From positions 18,063-82,062 of the forward strand of contig JAGVWZ010000016.1 in assembly GCA_018304045.1 (NCBI GenBank): a stretch of 64,000 nucleotides of DNA, read 5' to 3'. A program made the translations under genes and the position numbers. Source of the stretch: Candidatus Pacearchaeota archaeon. Its GTDB lineage: Archaea; Nanobdellota; Nanobdellia; Pacearchaeales; GW2011-AR1. The notes beneath the pieces are model-generated. The model did not search any database. It saw nothing but the letters and a program-made list of their open reading frames with translations, and was not told the DNA's origin. This document shows positions 40,110 to 49,521 of this stretch, piece by piece (the stretch's first letter is position 1; each line of letters opens with the position of its first letter).

Positions 40110-40820
40110 TTAACTTATTTCTATCCTTCTACAGGCTAAACATAAAACATCTTTATAAGCATCTTCTCCTACCAAAACTGCTGTAAAATCATATTCTGCT
40201 ATTTGATTACCAGAAATATTATTTGCAATAACCTGTCCTTTGGCAATATTATCAAAATTATTTATCAAGACATTCTCTTTAGATTTTTTTATTATATTAA
40301 AGACCTCAAATATCTCCATATCCTCATTAATCTTATTTTCAATGATATTTTTTATTAACAAGCTTGCTTCTTCTACATTTTCTTTCCTATTATGTGGACC
40401 TACTTCGATGCTTATGCCACAATCAACAAAATCTATTAATGCTTTTCCACTTGCAAAAAATTCAGGCATTATAACTAATTTTTTTAAACCCAATAGTTTT
40501 GCAAATTCTATTTTTTCATTATTTGGTTTTGTTATTATCCCAAACATAGGGCAGTTATTAGATGAAGAATGAATATCTATTATATAATAAAAATCTTTTA
40601 GTCTTTTAATCAGATTATAGGCCAGTTTTTCCTCATGATTCCCATCTATCTTTCCTGGAAAACATCGGTTTAAATCAGTATCTATAAATCTTTTATTCTC
40701 AATAAATGCTTTTTTATTTGAAAGAAAAAAAGGGAAGAAAGACTGGTTTTTACTAACTTCAAAGCCATATCTTTCATTCCCATGTAAACAACAAACAATT
40801 GCTAAATTTTTCATAGTCAC
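40110..40820 (-). CDS. succinylglutamate desuccinylase/aspartoacylase family (M14-like) protein
   Basis: LHGNE, DLNRCFPG, IDIHS, IEVG. Confidence 0.85.
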   Translation of the reverse strand: MTMKNLAIVCCLHGNERYGFEVSKNQSFFPFFLSNKKAFIENKRFIDTDLNRCFPGKIDGNHEEKLAYNLIKRLKDFYYIIDIHSSSNNCPMFGIITKPNNEKIEFAKLLGLKKLVIMPEFFASGKALIDFVDCGISIEVGPHNRKENVEEASLLIKNIIENKINEDMEIFEVFNIIKKSKENVLINNFDNIAKGQVIANNISGNQIAEYDFTAVLVGEDAYKDVLCLACRRIEIS

Positions 40821-40821
40821 G

Positions 40822-41461
40822 TTATAAGATACCTATTGCAAGAACCGCATCTCCCTTATCTAATGCCATTTTCAAATCTTGTTTAAAGAATCTACTTACT
40901 GAACAATGTTCTGGTTCTCTTCCATAGAAAAGTCCTCCATAATATCCTTTGACTACTCCATTAGAATCAGAATTACAATTAAGATAGACTGCAAACTCTT
41001 CTTGTAGAGTTCTAATTTGCCTAGGCATGCCACTCAATCCTGGAAATGTACTTTGGCAGTAATTCAACAATGCTTTATACATTCTTGGATTTTGAGTCCT
41101 TAAACATATTGCTCTTTCTCCATTGATTGCTTGATTTGTAATCTCTCTAAATATTCCCTTTCCTTGAATAGATGAATCTAGACAAATTCCTTCTACAATT
41201 AGAGAAGGAAATCCTGCAAAAGATCTTCTATTATAACTTGCCATTGCTTTGATTTCTCCATTTCTAAGAAGAAATACTCTTTCTGGCAAAGTTATATGAT
41301 TATAGATATCTTGAAAATCTAAATCCCTCCCAAATCCATTTCTTACAACACTTACAACTTGTTCTAAATCATCAGGATTTGAATCAAAATGCTTCTTAGG
41401 ATTTGTGATTTCTTCTATGTTGCCAAAGACAGCTAGAAGATTTAATTATTTTATTTACCAT
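40822..41461 (-). pseudogene. GNAT-like acyltransferase frameshifted near the 5' end by a 22-nt insertion
   Basis: QGKGI motif A; removing 41419-41440 joins MVNKIIK (with GGAG SD) to IEEITNP in one 206-codon frame. Confidence 0.6.
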
Positions 41462-41764
41462 TTTACTCCTGACCTCCTTTCAGCCTTTTTCAGAAAGAAT
41501 TTCAAAATAAGAAAGATTAAATTAACAGGGCTATGCCCAGGGATATTGAATTAAAAATTTATTATATAGGGTTTTAACTAGGAAGAATATAATTTTATTG
41601 CCAGAGATAACCTCTAGATTGTATTGTCATATAAATTTGATTATTAATTGCTATTTAAATTTTCCTATTCAATTCCCTCCTTTAAAAAAGCAAAATCCCT
41701 GGCTTCTTGAGTATCTAACCTACCCAACCAAAAATTTTATATAGCTTACTTTCTAAGAATAAAT

Positions 41765-41926
41765 ATGGAAAACGAAGAATTAATTATAAGCAAATTAGAT
41801 GTATTAAAACAAGAAATTGACTTTATTAAAAAACATTTAATAGATGTAACTTTAACTCAAGATGATGTTAAATCTTTATGTGAAGCTGAAGAAGATTTAA
41901 AAAAAGGAAGAACAAAGAGGTTGTAA
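41765..41926 (+). CDS. putative antitoxin
   Basis: MENEELII...LTQDDVKSLCEAEEDLKKGRTKRL, directly upstream of RelE; not in ORF track. Confidence 0.7.
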   Translation: MENEELIISKLDVLKQEIDFIKKHLIDVTLTQDDVKSLCEAEEDLKKGRTKRL

Positions 41927-41927
41927 A

Positions 41928-42188
41928 ATGTATTTTGTAGAGCTATCAGTTAAAGCTCAAGATTTCTTAGAAAAAATTGATAAAGATACTAAAGATAGAA
42001 TAGAAAAAAGATTAAAAAATCTTGAAAGTAATCCTATTCCAAGCGATTCAAAATTTATTGGAAGAGATAATAATGAAATGGTTTTTAGATACAGGATTGG
42101 TAAATTCAGAGCTCTGTATAAAGTTAAAGAAGCTCAAAAGATAATTTTAGTCACTAAAATTGATAAAAGAGACAAAGTTTATGATTAA
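41928..42188 (+). CDS. RelE family toxin
   Basis: FRYRIGKFRALY...IDKRDKVYD. Confidence 0.9.
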   Translation: MYFVELSVKAQDFLEKIDKDTKDRIEKRLKNLESNPIPSDSKFIGRDNNEMVFRYRIGKFRALYKVKEAQKIILVTKIDKRDKVYD

Positions 42189-42248
42189 ACTAAATTCCTT
42201 ATAGTAAAACAATAAAATTTTGTGCAAACTGAACTTTTTTCTTGTTTA

Positions 42249-42304
42249 CGAGCAAAAGGACTTTTAGCAAATTCGATGAAATAAGAAAGCACTTTTGCGA
42301 GTAG
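42249..42304. repeat. ~56-bp dispersed element, copy 3
   Basis: Near-identical to 38953-39008, again abutting a tRNA-Gly 3' copy. Confidence 0.8.
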
Positions 42305-42430
42305 GGTGGCGCATGTTTTACTGAACATTATATAGTCCTTAAACTAAAATGTGGTAGCCGAGAAGGGTAGCGCATTTCTATTATAATTAAGGTTCATAAA
42401 ACATTTAAACTTAATTAAGCTCTTTTTTAC

Positions 42431-43549
42431 ATGGTTTTAAAAGAGCTGATTAAAAACCACTCTGGAAAGATACAAGCATCTCTATCAACGATTATAAAGA
42501 TAATACTTATTTTTTCTATTTTCTATGCCACATACTATCATCTTTGGCATATTTTGTTTGCCAATATTTTTTTATTGTTCTTATTATTTACACCATATTT
42601 TCTAAGAAAAAAATATGAAGTTCATATTCCAAAGGAATTCGAGTTTATTTTTCTTGCATTCATAATAATCTCGTTTTTTCTAGGTGATATAAGGGGAACA
42701 ATTATACAGATTTTTTTTGGAACTGCTATAGCTTTTATTGGATTTACAATAATGCTGATATTGTTTTCAAATAGCAAATTTAAGGCCAATTATCTATTAG
42801 TTATGCTATTTTCATTCAGTTTTTCTGTAACTTTTGGACTTATTGCAGAAATGATAAAATATTATCTAAAAACTTATTTTAATGAAGGAATAGTAAATCT
42901 TAGTGACTATACTTTTGCCATGCAAAATCTTACTTTTGTTGCCATAGGAGCTTTAACTGCATCAGTATTTGGTTTTATTTACATGAAAGGATTTAGAAAC
43001 AAGCTAATGAAAGAATGGGTTGGCAAATTTAAGAAAAGCAATCCAAATTTATTTATTCAAAGAACTGAATCACCTGAAGAAATATTAAAATTAATTAAAA
43101 AAGGTGAGAATGAAAAATTAGAATTCAAATCAACATTAAGGATGAATCTTCATACAGGAGAAAAAGATAGAAAAGTTGAAAATTCAGTTCTTAAAACAAT
43201 TGTTGCATTTTTAAATTCTGAAGGAGGTTGTTTATTAATTGGAATTTCTGATAATAGTGAAATAATTGGTATAGAAAAAGATGGATTTGTTAATAATGAT
43301 ATGTTTAATAGGCATTTTACAAATCTAATAAAAGAAAAAGTTGGAAATGAGTTTTTACCATTTATGAATTTTGAAATAGTATCATTAGATGGAAAAAATA
43401 TCCTTAAGGTAGATTTAGGAAAAAGTGATAAGCCAGTCTTTCTAAAAAATAGCAATGAGGAATTTTACATAAGAGTTGGAGCATCATCAATTCTGTTGAA
43501 TGGAAGTGAATTAATTGAGTATATCAAGAATAAATTTCATATAAGATAA
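42431..43549 (+). CDS. multi-TM protein fused to AlbA_2/Schlafen-like domain
   Basis: GENEKLEFKST, IVAFLNSEGG.L.IG..D, FYIRVG; N-terminal TM bundle. Confidence 0.85.
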   Translation: MVLKELIKNHSGKIQASLSTIIKIILIFSIFYATYYHLWHILFANIFLLFLLFTPYFLRKKYEVHIPKEFEFIFLAFIIISFFLGDIRGTIIQIFFGTAIAFIGFTIMLILFSNSKFKANYLLVMLFSFSFSVTFGLIAEMIKYYLKTYFNEGIVNLSDYTFAMQNLTFVAIGALTASVFGFIYMKGFRNKLMKEWVGKFKKSNPNLFIQRTESPEEILKLIKKGENEKLEFKSTLRMNLHTGEKDRKVENSVLKTIVAFLNSEGGCLLIGISDNSEIIGIEKDGFVNNDMFNRHFTNLIKEKVGNEFLPFMNFEIVSLDGKNILKVDLGKSDKPVFLKNSNEEFYIRVGASSILLNGSELIEYIKNKFHIR

Positions 43550-43601
43550 TAAAAATGTATTATTTGTTATTATTTATAAATTAAACAACCTTAATCAATT
43601 C

Positions 43602-44264
43602 ATGGAAAAAAACATAAAAGTAACAGAAAACGGACCCTATGAAGTCTATGGGAATATTCCATTGGATGAACAAGAAATAAAAACAGATGATAAAGGTTAT
43701 CCTTTAAAATATGAAAAAACAAAAAATCATCCAGCAAGTGAAACTTACTACCTATGCAGATGTGGCCATTCCTCAACAAAACCATTCTGCAGTTGGAATC
43801 ATTTAAAAATAAAATTCAATGGAAAAGAAACAGCACCAAAAAACAAATACATAGATAGGGCAGATGAATTAGAAGGCAAGAATATTATTTTAACAGATGA
43901 TTTTTCACTTTGTTCACAAGCTGGATTTTGTCATGGAAGAGAAGGAGAAACCTGGGATTTAATAAGATCTAAAGACAAAAAAGATAATGAAATTGCAATT
44001 CAACAATGTTTTGATTGCCCATCAGGAAGATTGGTTTTATGGGATGAAAAAACAAAAAAACCAATTGAACCTGATTTTAAACCACATATTTCCATATTAT
44101 ATGAACCTTGGAAAAAAGTAGAAGGTTCTATCTGGGTAAAAGGAAATATTCCAATAGAATCTAGTGATGGATATAAATATGAAGTAAGAAATAGAGTTAC
44201 TCTTTGCAGATGTGGAAAAACAGGAAACATGCCTTTTTGTGATGGAACTCATAGAATAAATTAA
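43602..44264 (+). CDS. CDGSH iron-sulfur domain protein
   Basis: LCRCGHSSTKPFC and LCRCGKTGNMPFCDGTH; central C..AGFC...CPSG. Confidence 0.9.
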   Translation: MEKNIKVTENGPYEVYGNIPLDEQEIKTDDKGYPLKYEKTKNHPASETYYLCRCGHSSTKPFCSWNHLKIKFNGKETAPKNKYIDRADELEGKNIILTDDFSLCSQAGFCHGREGETWDLIRSKDKKDNEIAIQQCFDCPSGRLVLWDEKTKKPIEPDFKPHISILYEPWKKVEGSIWVKGNIPIESSDGYKYEVRNRVTLCRCGKTGNMPFCDGTHRIN

Positions 44265-44644
44265 ACTTTTTTCTTTTTATTATTAAAATTAATTAAATCT
44301 TTCTTAGAATTAAAAACTCCGGAGTCTTGAAACTCAATAGGACGTTCTTTTCCAGCCCTATAAACAGCTTTTTTACTTCCACTTCTAAAAATACCAAGTT
44401 TTCTTTGATTATCAGAAGCTCCATTTTTTATAATATCAATTATAGCAATTAAAATTCCAATTCCTATTAAGACATAACCAATTAATCTATTATCTCCGAA
44501 TATAATTCCAGCTAAAATAAATGCAAAAGCAAGTCCAAACAAATAATTAAATTTCTTCTTTTTATTGCCCTTAATTACAAATACTAAAATAGCAATTATC
44601 AATAGAACAATTATTGAAATTAAAATATAAAGTGTAGATGCCAT
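44261..44644 (-). CDS. small membrane protein
   Basis: Three TM segments. Confidence 0.65.
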   Translation of the reverse strand: MASTLYILISIIVLLIIAILVFVIKGNKKKKFNYLFGLAFAFILAGIIFGDNRLIGYVLIGIGILIAIIDIIKNGASDNQRKLGIFRSGSKKAVYRAGKERPIEFQDSGVFNSKKDLINFNNKKKKV

Positions 44645-44688
44645 GATTTTAATAAATTTTAAAGCTATTTAAATTTTTAGACAATCCA

Positions 44689-44961
44689 TTATTCTCTAAA
44701 TTGTTCTCCCCTATACCATAAACAATTATCATACCTATCTTTATCTAAACACCATAATTGCATAGAAGCAGAATCACAAATTATTCTTCTTCCAGAAGAT
44801 ATGTTTGAATGAGTATGCTGTCCTTCTGTAAGATCTCTTCCACAATAAGGCCCTATTTCATCAGTGCAAAAATGTGGGCATCTATATTCAACTTTGCTTT
44901 CTCTTAATAATCCTAAAACTAAATGCCCTTCAAGTTCTGCAGGAGCTCTAAAATTTCCCAT
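44689..44961 (-). CDS. hypothetical Cys-containing protein
   Basis: ORF in co-oriented run. Confidence 0.55.
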   Translation of the reverse strand: MGNFRAPAELEGHLVLGLLRESKVEYRCPHFCTDEIGPYCGRDLTEGQHTHSNISSGRRIICDSASMQLWCLDKDRYDNCLWYRGEQFRE

Positions 44962-44998
44962 ATTAAATTAGAAATATCTTTATTTTTAAATCTTCGCA

Positions 44999-45313
44999 CT
45001 ACTTTTTAGCTACAGCCGCCGAAATAAGTAATTCAAATCCCAAAGGTGCCATTAATTCCTCAAGATTTAGTCCAGAATCAGTTTTTTCAACAACTCTTGA
45101 AATAAGGAAAGGAAATCTATTATCTGTATGTTGTTGATAATTTGTTTTTAATAAAAATTGTGATAAATCCTCTTTTTTATAGAATATATAATTACCATAG
45201 CTAGAAATATTGCCATCTCTATAAATTTTAAATAAAGCATCTCCAGTAACTTTTATTCCATTGGCACATTCTTCTTCATTTCCTATACTGGGTCTATGGA
45301 TGTAATCCACCAT
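44999..45313 (-). CDS. hypothetical protein
   Basis: ORF in co-oriented run. Confidence 0.55.
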   Translation of the reverse strand: MVDYIHRPSIGNEEECANGIKVTGDALFKIYRDGNISSYGNYIFYKKEDLSQFLLKTNYQQHTDNRFPFLISRVVEKTDSGLNLEELMAPLGFELLISAAVAKK

Positions 45314-45364
45314 GGATTATTCAGATAAATAGGTTTTTTAATAATTATTGTAATAATAACATAC

Positions 45365-45658
45365 TTAATTTTCCATCATTCTCAAAATCTCTTCAAGTTC
45401 AGCTACTTTTTTATTAAGATCAGGATCGTCTCTCAAATAAAACTTTTCTCCACTATCTCTAATAGTGTCTACACAATGTAGGCAAAAGCAGTCTGATTGT
45501 ATCCCTGGGTCAGTAAAATCATCTGAATGATGATAGCAATCTTCAGGGGGCACATGAGTATAAACACAACCTTGACAAACCCTATATGCTCCAGCCATTA
45601 CACCTCTTTCTTTCAAAGCAGGGACTAATCTTTTAGGGTTATAGTACTTAAATTCCAT
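45365..45658 (-). CDS. hypothetical zinc-binding protein
   Basis: CQGC...CFCLHC. Confidence 0.55.
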   Translation of the reverse strand: MEFKYYNPKRLVPALKERGVMAGAYRVCQGCVYTHVPPEDCYHHSDDFTDPGIQSDCFCLHCVDTIRDSGEKFYLRDDPDLNKKVAELEEILRMMEN

Positions 45659-45706
45659 TAAATAAAATAAATAAAGAAATTTTTAAGTATTTGTATAAAC
45701 TTTAAC

Positions 45707-45910
45707 TTACATTCCCAAGGATTTAAGCAATTCGTATACTAAAAATGCAGGCCAAACAAGAGCTTTCAAAACACCTAAAACTCCTAGCCAAAAGCTTCCA
45801 GCAGTAGTTACATAGTAAACAGCTGCACCAATAAATCCAAGGCCATAGACCGCTCCGCCGCAACCAGATCCGCAATTTTTTAGGTTACATTTCATATCTT
45901 TTTTATTCAT
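45707..45910 (-). CDS. small membrane protein
   Basis: YGLGFIGAAVYY...FWLGVLGVLKALVWPAFLVYE; GGAGG SD. Confidence 0.7.
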   Translation of the reverse strand: MNKKDMKCNLKNCGSGCGGAVYGLGFIGAAVYYVTTAGSFWLGVLGVLKALVWPAFLVYELLKSLGM

Positions 45911-45938
45911 TTTTTTACCTCCTTTTATGATTTTAAAA

Positions 45939-46421
45939 TCATTTTACTTTTGCAAAAAAAATCATATAATTATTTCCATATTTTTTTACGCATTTTGGAC
46001 AATAGGCATAATGTATATAATAATCCTTAGCAGTTTTTCCTTTTTTTAATAAATATTCTTTCATTTGCTTCATTAATTTAGGAATATCTCCATAATCTCC
46101 TGTAAAAACTCTTGCAATAAATGTTCCAGATATTTTAACATTATTCCTATTAGAAACATTTCCTGTAACAGAGACATATATTTCTGTCCTAAATGCACTT
46201 GGATCATGGAATAATATTAACATTTCATCTTTTTTTGAAGAAACTTTTTTTGATTTTTCTGCAAGATCCATCATTTTAGTTATTCTACTTCCAATCATTG
46301 GAGGAAAAGGTATGTGAAATAGAGTTGGAATAGATTCTTTAATAAAAAATTTATTTTTCCAAACAAAAGTCTTTCCATCCCATTTACTAGGATTAAATTT
46401 TGGGCAGCATTCTTCTTTCAT
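45939..46421 (-). CDS. GyrI-like small-molecule-binding protein
   Basis: ECCPKF.P..WD...VFTGDY...YCPKC.KKYG.NY. Confidence 0.65.
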   Translation of the reverse strand: MKEECCPKFNPSKWDGKTFVWKNKFFIKESIPTLFHIPFPPMIGSRITKMMDLAEKSKKVSSKKDEMLILFHDPSAFRTEIYVSVTGNVSNRNNVKISGTFIARVFTGDYGDIPKLMKQMKEYLLKKGKTAKDYYIHYAYCPKCVKKYGNNYMIFFAKVK

Positions 46422-46476
46422 AAAAATAATAGTATTTGATTATATTTAAATTTAATTAGTGTTTTTTATCTTTCAT

Positions 46477-47070
46477 TCAAACAAGAGATATAACTTTTCT
46501 CTCTGAATCCGCATACAAAACATATCCAACTCCATTATTCATACCAATTGAATATTCTCCTCTATTAAAACCATAATATTCTTCTGCAGATTGAATACTT
46601 TCTCCCATCCTAGTAAAACTCCTATCCAAAATAATATTTCTAATCAAACTAGGTTTTACCATGCAATAAACTAAGCCTTTTTTACTGGTTCTTTTTTCCA
46701 TATTAAAAACCTGATGCATAATCCTACTAGAAATAAAATACGTTTCAACAATATCCATATGTTTTTCAAGATATCTTTGTCTTCCCAGCTCTGTTCTTTG
46801 ATTTAATCTTCTTATGGCATCATGAAGATTATGCATTCCAAAAGCATAAACAACAGGTTCTTGAAAACCTTTAATCTGAGCTAACTGATATTCTTTTATT
46901 CTACCTCCCCAAAGAACATTACCTGCTTTTGCCTCAATCCAAAAACCAGATGGATGATAAAAGTCAGGAACATTTTCATCTCCAGCAGTAGACTGCAAAA
47001 CAGGATATCTTTCTTGTAATATTCTTTCCCATCGCAATCCAATACTATTTTGAACAACTCCCATGAACAT
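46477..47070 (-). CDS. PD-(D/E)XK nuclease-like protein
   Basis: VPDF...WIEAK motif. Confidence 0.5.
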   Translation of the reverse strand: MFMGVVQNSIGLRWERILQERYPVLQSTAGDENVPDFYHPSGFWIEAKAGNVLWGGRIKEYQLAQIKGFQEPVVYAFGMHNLHDAIRRLNQRTELGRQRYLEKHMDIVETYFISSRIMHQVFNMEKRTSKKGLVYCMVKPSLIRNIILDRSFTRMGESIQSAEEYYGFNRGEYSIGMNNGVGYVLYADSERKVISLV

Positions 47071-47123
47071 CTTTTATAAAAAGAAGTTATAAGGATTATT
47101 GTTCTAGATGAATCTCAAAAATA

Positions 47124-47165
47124 TGGGCCCACGCGGCCCTAGAATCGCGGAGAGCTCGGTGTAAA
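47124..47165 (-). pseudogene. 3' half of tRNA-Val(UAC), degenerate (att site)
   Basis: TTTACAC-CGAG...CGCGATTCTAGGGCCGCG-TGGGCCC-A. Confidence 0.75.
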
Positions 47166-47231
47166 AAATAAGAACCTTTTTGTATCCAAAAGAATAATAA
47201 TATTTATAAACTGTACAGTTTATTATATTGT

Positions 47232-48497
47232 ATGTACAAAGATAGATACATTAGAAGAAAAGGGGAATTTTTGGATAATAAGGATATTAATCCTAAAAAT
47301 AGGAAGGTTACTGAAAAGTTCTTTGAATTTGAAGAATACAAACTAAAGAGGAAGCAAGGATTAGCAGAGGTTGATGAAAAATCCTACAAAACACTTTATT
47401 TCTATGTTGGTAGATTGATTAATTTGAATAATTGGTTTAAGAATAAAGATTGGTCTAAATTAACTGAAGAAGAAATAAAAAAATTAATTGATGATTTAGA
47501 AGACGGAAAAATAACAACTCATAAAGGGACAAGATTTACAGACAGGAGTTTGTATTATCAAATGATAAAAGGAAAATTATTTGATTTAGTTGGTAAGAGT
47601 TTTATTGCAACACAAATCCTAAAAGAGTTCTCAATAAAAGGAAGAGAGTTTAGAGATGAAGTAAGATATATTGAAGAAGAGTCTTTTAGAAAAATTGTTG
47701 ATTGTGCTCCAAAGTCAGAACATAAGTGTTTGATGTGGTTAGCTTTTGATATAGGTGAGAATATTGGAACTCTCTTAGAATTGACTAGAGAAGATTTCCA
47801 AAGACAAATCAATCCAGACACTAATGAACCAGAATATTTAGTTATGCTAACTAAAGATAGGATTAAGAGGAGTAGAACTGCAAGAGGTGAAACTACCAAT
47901 CATCAGGAAACTGTAAAATATTTAGATATAATTCTTAGAAACCTAAAACCAGCATCACCAAAAACTTCCACTAGCCGGTATCGCAGGTCACTTAAAACTT
48001 TAAATGAACTACATCCAGAAAACAAACTATTCAAGTTTGGCCACAAAGCATCTGTAAAGTTTTTTGACAGAGCAGTTGTAAGAGCAGGAGTAAAATGTTT
48101 ACCTGGTGGTCAAAAAGTTACATGGAAAGATTTGAGAAGTTCTATGGCTTGTAATTTATTGAGAAAAGAGTGGTCCAGAGACGAGGTAAATGCTAGACTT
48201 GGACATAAGCCTTCTAGTCGTATCATAGATTCTTACATCAACTATCTTTCATTAGATAGAAGAAAACCACAAAAGAAAGTTTATGAAAGCAGTTTAAAAA
48301 AGATTGAAGCTGATTTTGAAAAACAAAAAGAAGTTTCAAAATTACAGGGATTAAAAATTGAAAATCTAAGAGAGGATATAAAACAAATCAAAACAGACTT
48401 TAAATTAGCAATGGAAAAACAAAGAAAACAATTAATTGAAATTGTTATGGAATTAAAGAAGGGACAAGTAAAACCTATTGTTGTTAAGAGTCATTAA
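47232..48497 (+). CDS. tyrosine recombinase/integrase
   Basis: KDLRSS...RLGHKPSS...Y catalytic region; adjacent to att site. Confidence 0.85.
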   Translation: MYKDRYIRRKGEFLDNKDINPKNRKVTEKFFEFEEYKLKRKQGLAEVDEKSYKTLYFYVGRLINLNNWFKNKDWSKLTEEEIKKLIDDLEDGKITTHKGTRFTDRSLYYQMIKGKLFDLVGKSFIATQILKEFSIKGREFRDEVRYIEEESFRKIVDCAPKSEHKCLMWLAFDIGENIGTLLELTREDFQRQINPDTNEPEYLVMLTKDRIKRSRTARGETTNHQETVKYLDIILRNLKPASPKTSTSRYRRSLKTLNELHPENKLFKFGHKASVKFFDRAVVRAGVKCLPGGQKVTWKDLRSSMACNLLRKEWSRDEVNARLGHKPSSRIIDSYINYLSLDRRKPQKKVYESSLKKIEADFEKQKEVSKLQGLKIENLREDIKQIKTDFKLAMEKQRKQLIEIVMELKKGQVKPIVVKSH

Positions 48498-49066
48498 AGT
48501 CTTCTGGGCATTTCAAATAATTTTATCATCTTCTCATCTAACTTCTTTTTAAAATCGTCAGGTCTACCTTTTTGTTTAATAATATAATAGATAACATAAA
48601 ACTTTATTGCAGAGATAAAAATATTTTCTCCAGCATTAAGTTCACATATAACTTCTCTTGCTTCAGGATTATCATATATTTCATTTAAGAATTTCTTTTC
48701 TCTTTGATTTAATTTAATATGCAATTCATCAAATGAATCAAATATAAATTTTATTTTAATTTTATGAACAGGGCTTCTTTGAGTATATTTTGTTCCATTG
48801 AAGTTTGTTTTATTTATTGCATCTGTTCCTTCTTCAATATAATCTGCTTCTTTGAGTTTATCAAATACTTTTGTCACAGCTCCAATACTTTTTACATCTT
48901 TTTTAGTATTTGGATATAATTTTCTCGTAACTTCTCCATGTGTAACAAACTTTCTAAAATATTCTAAAGCGACTTTGTTTTCTCCTATCCCTTTTATCAA
49001 TGGGGGTCTTACAGCAGGATAAACTATTATTGGTTCATCATCTAAAGTTTTTTTTCCTTTCTTCAT
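48494..49066 (-). CDS. hypothetical protein, possible wHTH regulator
   Basis: Divergent from the replication operon; VTKVFDKLKEADYIE resembles wHTH. Confidence 0.5.
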   Translation of the reverse strand: MKKGKKTLDDEPIIVYPAVRPPLIKGIGENKVALEYFRKFVTHGEVTRKLYPNTKKDVKSIGAVTKVFDKLKEADYIEEGTDAINKTNFNGTKYTQRSPVHKIKIKFIFDSFDELHIKLNQREKKFLNEIYDNPEAREVICELNAGENIFISAIKFYVIYYIIKQKGRPDDFKKKLDEKMIKLFEMPRRL

Positions 49067-49115
49067 TTTAGGGTACCATTAACAGGTATATTAAGTATTT
49101 ATACTTTATTATAAA

Positions 49116-49259
49116 ATGGAACTACAAAAACCAATAAAATGTGAATGCAAGAAGTGCGGCTGGTGCTGGTATTCTACACTTGGCAGAAAACCAAAAGTCT
49201 GCGTCAGGTGCAAGAGGTATGACTGGCAGGAGGAGAAAGATGAGCGAAAACAGCAATGA
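49116..49259 (+). CDS. 47-aa zinc-ribbon protein
   Basis: CKKCGWCW...PKVCVRCKRYDW; not in ORF track. Confidence 0.65.
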   Translation: MELQKPIKCECKKCGWCWYSTLGRKPKVCVRCKRYDWQEEKDERKQQ

Positions 49260-49395
49260 TTCTATTCTCCTCCAAAAAGAGTCCTTAGACAGAGTCTTTG
49301 ATATAATTGATGAAATGCAGGGCGATATTATTGGTTTAGAGTCAAAATGGTTAAAAGAGGTGCAAGAGGATGACAGAGAACAACAGAGTGATTGA
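49240..49395 (+). CDS. small hypothetical protein
   Basis: MSENSNDS... with GGAGGAG SD; overlaps neighbours. Confidence 0.5.
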   Translation: MSENSNDSILLQKESLDRVFDIIDEMQGDIIGLESKWLKEVQEDDREQQSD

Positions 49396-49521
49396 TATGA
49401 ACCTATCTGAACCTAATAGCCAATACTTCTCACCACTAGATGATATAATATATGGTGGTCTTATTTTTCTTATATTCTTCCGGAAGAAAAGATTGATTGA
49501 AAGGAGGTTCCGAACTACAAA

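Larger units (their letters stand above)
39008..42374 (+). repeat. array of tRNA-Gly 3'-end copies bounding cassettes
   Basis: GGGTGGCACA 39008, CGGGTGGCGCA 40060, GGGTGGCGCA 42304, GGGTAGCGCA 42365. Confidence 0.85.

Noticed and set aside
44261..47070. Cassette array downstream of the tRNA-Val 3' half
   Set aside because: The run of small genes is suggestive, but I found no repeated tRNA-Val end or other shared repeat between them.
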